A DNA stretch of 50,018 bases, taken from positions 1 to 50,018 of the forward strand of contig JAAYEB010000355.1 of the NCBI GenBank assembly GCA_012728995.1, in the 5' to 3' direction. The DNA comes from Fibrobacter sp. GTDB lineage: Bacteria; Fibrobacterota; Chitinivibrionia; Chitinivibrionales; Chitinispirillaceae. Position 1 is the stretch's first letter; every line of letters begins with the position of its first letter. Below the pieces are notes generated by a model. The model ran no database searches and was not told the origin of the DNA. It saw only the letters and a list, made by a program, of their open reading frames with translations. Below, one piece after another: positions 46,899-50,018 of the stretch. The position numbers were made by a program, and so were the translations under genes.

Positions 46899-49800
46899 TT
46901 ATTTTTCATTACCCCAGCAGTTTACAAATTGCATAAAATCAATGAAATCGATTTTTTGTACTCCTTCAGAAAGACCGATATTTGTAAGTGGATTCCAGTT
47001 TTCATTCTCCTGTGAAGTATTCCACGCATTAACAAATATCATGTAATCATTAAAATCCACTTTTCCATTGTTATCAAAATCTCCGGTTAACAACCCTTCA
47101 AGACTCCATACGTTTCCAGCTCCGTCTGAGAGGATTATAATCGGCAAATCCCCGGTGCTGTTGTATTTTTTTGATATTCTTGCAGTACCTGAAGATGTCA
47201 GTTTTGAGCCCTTTTCACTTACAGATCCCATTTCGGCAAAAGAGTTGTCACCGTTGTTGCGATACCATTTGACATCCCCTGAACCGGTACCAGCCACAAG
47301 GTCAAAAATGCCATCTCCACTTATATCCATGCACATTGGTGACACATTTTCACCAGCACATAGAGCATTACCATTGCCTGAAACTACTTCGGCATTTTCC
47401 CATCCGTCTGTCTGTGAAAGAGCGAATATTATTGTACCATCACTCCTCCCCACAACGAAATCAGGTTTATAGTCTCCATTGACATCGAATATTTCAAATC
47501 CACTGCATGATCCACGTGTATCATACAACAGATCCGGATCAGAAAATGAAAATTTTGTTGTGTTTCCTTCCAAAAGGTTAATTTTACCGTTAAATGATGA
47601 AACAACAAGATCAACTTTCCCGTCACTGCCCCAATCCACAACCCTGAGACATGTCGTGTTACTTATACCTGTTGAAAGATCAACAGGTAAACTCAAATCA
47701 CCATTCACGTTTTCATAAATGCTGATTTTACCTTCATTGGTAAGTATTATCAGGTCCAGATCTCCATCGGCATCAATATCTTCAAAAACTGAACTGTTCT
47801 TAATGCCAGTAACAATCGATTGTACACCAACTTTCAAGGGACTGCGTTTGTCAAAAAACATCGTAACAGCACCCTTGAGATCAGTTGATATTTCAAGAGT
47901 ATCACCCGATTCGATAGTCAGTGGAATATATTCTGTACGTTTATTATCCTGTTTTAAAACCATTACTGTTTTTTGAGGCCTGAGCCCGGATATTAATGAT
48001 TCGCCAGTGGAAACATGTAATCCGTTCCATCCGGCTGTACCATACATAAAGACATCGGTATTTGACTGGATTCCCGAAACATTAACAAATCCACCTCTAA
48101 TAAAATTAGCCTTGATAGTTACAGGACCTTCAAATCCGACAATATAAGTACTTTCGGCAAAACATTCTGCTATTAATACATCACCGGATCCTATTTCCCA
48201 GCTCTCAAAAAAGTAGTTCTCAACTGGTGTTGCACTAATTTTTACAGTATCGCCTTTTTGAAAAACTGAATCCCTGTCCGGTTTTACCGAACCACTGCTA
48301 TCGGTCTGTACTATAAGCCTGAAATCATTATCGGTAACAGTAATTGTATGTCTTGTTAAAATTCCCAATTGTGTAACCGGTGGATTATCCAGGGTAACAA
48401 CTGCCGTTTTATCACCATCATCAGATTCATTATCGATCACAGTTAAGGAGATTTCTGCTGTTGTATCCCCTGCTTTTATTTCAATTGGTGAAGAAGTAAT
48501 TGTATAATCAGTTCCTTCGACAGCCGTTCCGGTAACACTGAACGGCACACTGAGATCAATTCCGCTTTTTTGAGATAAAGCAATCTGGATATTAATAGTT
48601 CCTTCGTTTTCTGAAATAACCGTATTCTCTTTGGTGAATTGCACTTCGGGTGCTGGATCATTATCCTTGATTGTCAAAACAGATTCGGTTATTGTACCTT
48701 TGATCCCATTAAGTGGTGTTCCCATTGTAATTACGACTGTTTCGTCACTTCCATATATTTCATCATCAAGAACGGTTATTTTTATAATCCCGGAAATTTC
48801 ACCGGCAGCAATTACAATTGGTGAAGCCGGGATTGAGTAATCTGTTCCCGAATCAGCAGTCGAGTTTACAGTAAAGGGAACCGTTACATCTGCTTCACAG
48901 GTTTTGGACAGATTAACAATCAGTTCAATCGAATCGGCATCTTCATTTATGCTCTGTGAGTCTACATCGAACGTTACCTCTGGAGGTACATCATTGTCCT
49001 GAATAATTACAGTATGTTGTATACGAGCACCTGGTCGTGCATGATCAGGAAATCCCAGAGTTATAACAACTGTTTCGTTTAACTCAAATATATCGTCATC
49101 AATGATTTCAAATGTTATTGACCCTTTAAGAGAATCGGCTGGAATAGTGATAATCCCGTTTTCTAACGTGTAATCTGTTGTATCCGCGGTACCGGACACA
49201 GAATAAGGTATTGTTATATCATTTGCACTTTTTGAAGAAACTGATACTTCAACAGTCACAGAACCAACATTTTCATACACTGTCTGCAAAGAATCTTCGA
49301 AATAAACTGTTGGCAATATTGAATCGACCACAATTAAAGTACACGGTATCACAAAGGGATTGGCAACACCTGGATCATTATGATTAACCGAAAGGATTGC
49401 AATGCAGTTTTGCACAGCAAGATCGCTGCTTTTGAGTCTTACGTTGATAATTTCGGTGTCTCCGGGCGGAACAATCCCATCTACAGGCGATATACTTAAC
49501 CATTTTGGTTGAGTACTGATCCTTACCGCCATGCTGTCGTGAAGATATGAAGTATCGAATGCAATCTCGAGCCCATCAGTTCCCGATTCATTTTCAATCC
49601 CTACAGTGGCATGGTCGAGAGCGGAATTAAATCCATTTTTGTAATAAAAGATAATGTCTCCATTTTTTTGAATCACGACCTGAAAGGTTATACTATCAAG
49701 CGGATGCCCGTTAATTTTTATGTCCTGAAACTGAATAACGATTCTGTTTTCATTACCTGCCACATAGATAACTCCTCCGGAATCAAGGTTGTCCCAAAAT

Positions 49801-50018
49801 GGAGCAATAAGGTTATTTGAAGAATCGAAAACAGGAATTCGCCTGTTAACAGTATCTTCAACATGACCACCAAACGAAATTGTTCCGTTTGAGTTTAAAT
49901 AAAAGTCATCATATTCATTTCCATAAAAAGAGAATGAAAAAGGAAGAGAAAAAAGATAATAGCCATTGTACGGCATCGGACTGCCAGCCACATTGTCGCT
50001 AAGATCATCCCACTTGTA
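46899..50018 (-). CDS. Giant extracellular protein, N-terminally truncated by the window edge: unknown beta domain, 4 Calx-beta domains, FG-GAP/VCBS beta-propeller repeats, C-terminal dockerin-like module
   Basis: The frame is open to the window end. Four repeats of the Calx-beta pattern (e.g. 'ENVGSVTVEVSVS...ITIPYSVSGTADTTDYTL...GSITFEIIDDDIFELNE'). FG-GAP repeats ('DIDADGDLDLII', 'VVDWGSDGKVDLVVSS', 'DVNGDYKPDFVVG', 'DISGDGIFDLVAGTG'). C-terminal 'GDFDNNGKVDFNDYMIFVNAWN...IDFIDFMQFVNCW' dockerin-type Ca-binding repeats. Confidence 0.7.
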   Translation of the reverse strand, partial: YKWDDLSDNVAGSPMPYNGYYLFSLPFSFSFYGNEYDDFYLNSNGTISFGGHVEDTVNRRIPVFDSSNNLIAPFWDNLDSGGVIYVAGNENRIVIQFQDIKINGHPLDSITFQVVIQKNGDIIFYYKNGFNSALDHATVGIENESGTDGLEIAFDTSYLHDSMAVRISTQPKWLSISPVDGIVPPGDTEIINVRLKSSDLAVQNCIAILSVNHNDPGVANPFVIPCTLIVVDSILPTVYFEDSLQTVYENVGSVTVEVSVSSKSANDITIPYSVSGTADTTDYTLENGIITIPADSLKGSITFEIIDDDIFELNETVVITLGFPDHARPGARIQHTVIIQDNDVPPEVTFDVDSQSINEDADSIELIVNLSKTCEADVTVPFTVNSTADSGTDYSIPASPIVIAAGEISGIIKITVLDDEIYGSDETVVITMGTPLNGIKGTITESVLTIKDNDPAPEVQFTKENTVISENEGTINIQIALSQKSGIDLSVPFSVTGTAVEGTDYTITSSPIEIKAGDTTAEISLTVIDNESDDGDKTAVVTLDNPPVTQLGILTRHTITVTDNDFRLIVQTDSSGSVKPDRDSVFQKGDTVKISATPVENYFFESWEIGSGDVLIAECFAESTYIVGFEGPVTIKANFIRGGFVNVSGIQSNTDVFMYGTAGWNGLHVSTGESLISGLRPQKTVMVLKQDNKRTEYIPLTIESGDTLEISTDLKGAVTMFFDKRSPLKVGVQSIVTGIKNSSVFEDIDADGDLDLIILTNEGKISIYENVNGDLSLPVDLSTGISNTTCLRVVDWGSDGKVDLVVSSFNGKINLLEGNTTKFSFSDPDLLYDTRGSCSGFEIFDVNGDYKPDFVVGRSDGTIIFALSQTDGWENAEVVSGNGNALCAGENVSPMCMDISGDGIFDLVAGTGSGDVKWYRNNGDNSFAEMGSVSEKGSKLTSSGTARISKKYNSTGDLPIIILSDGAGNVWSLEGLLTGDFDNNGKVDFNDYMIFVNAWNTSQENENWNPLTNIGLSEGVQKIDFIDFMQFVNCWGNEK

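Overview
This is an AT-rich (~38% GC) bacterial chromosomal segment. A C-terminal T9SS-type sorting domain on one protein suggests an FCB-group organism (Bacteroidota, Ignavibacteria or a related candidate phylum). The coding content divides into six blocks: (i) the 3' end of purL/purQ, then a small accessory patch: secreted C39-like peptidase, SPFH protein, beta-helix protein, fused MNT-HEPN protein, orphan receiver domain, XRE regulator. (ii) A tightly overlapped minus-strand housekeeping operon, ftsX-envC-holB-ricT-metG-recJ-argH. (iii) A GntR(YtrA)-stomatin-MMPL exporter-LolA-like-outer-membrane-barrel operon. (iv) A ~2.3 kb region between two convergent genes with no convincing protein-coding gene (only short, weak ORFs), built from nested direct and inverted repeats. 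It contains a ~760 bp tandem duplication, GC-rich stable hairpins (UUCG and GNRA-type loops), a GC-rich 11-mer present about 10 times in both orientations, iteron-like 46 bp tandem repeats, and flanking imperfect direct repeats. This is the most unusual feature of the window and may be a non-autonomous mobile element or an array of structured ncRNAs. (v) Peptidases (M50-CBS, M48), an orphan beta-class DNA methyltransferase, a large MG-domain lipoprotein, and ilvBN preceded by two tandem leader-peptide attenuators. (vi) prfC, an arsenic/organoarsenical resistance island (arsR-arsC-acr3-arsM, a divergent arsR-arsP-trx-trx-ccdA operon, and a second arsC), an alpha/beta hydrolase, and a three-gene surface-protein operon: giant Calx-beta/FG-GAP/dockerin protein, cohesin-like protein, T9SS-sorted protein. 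All calls rest on reading motifs in the supplied translations; no database searches were run.
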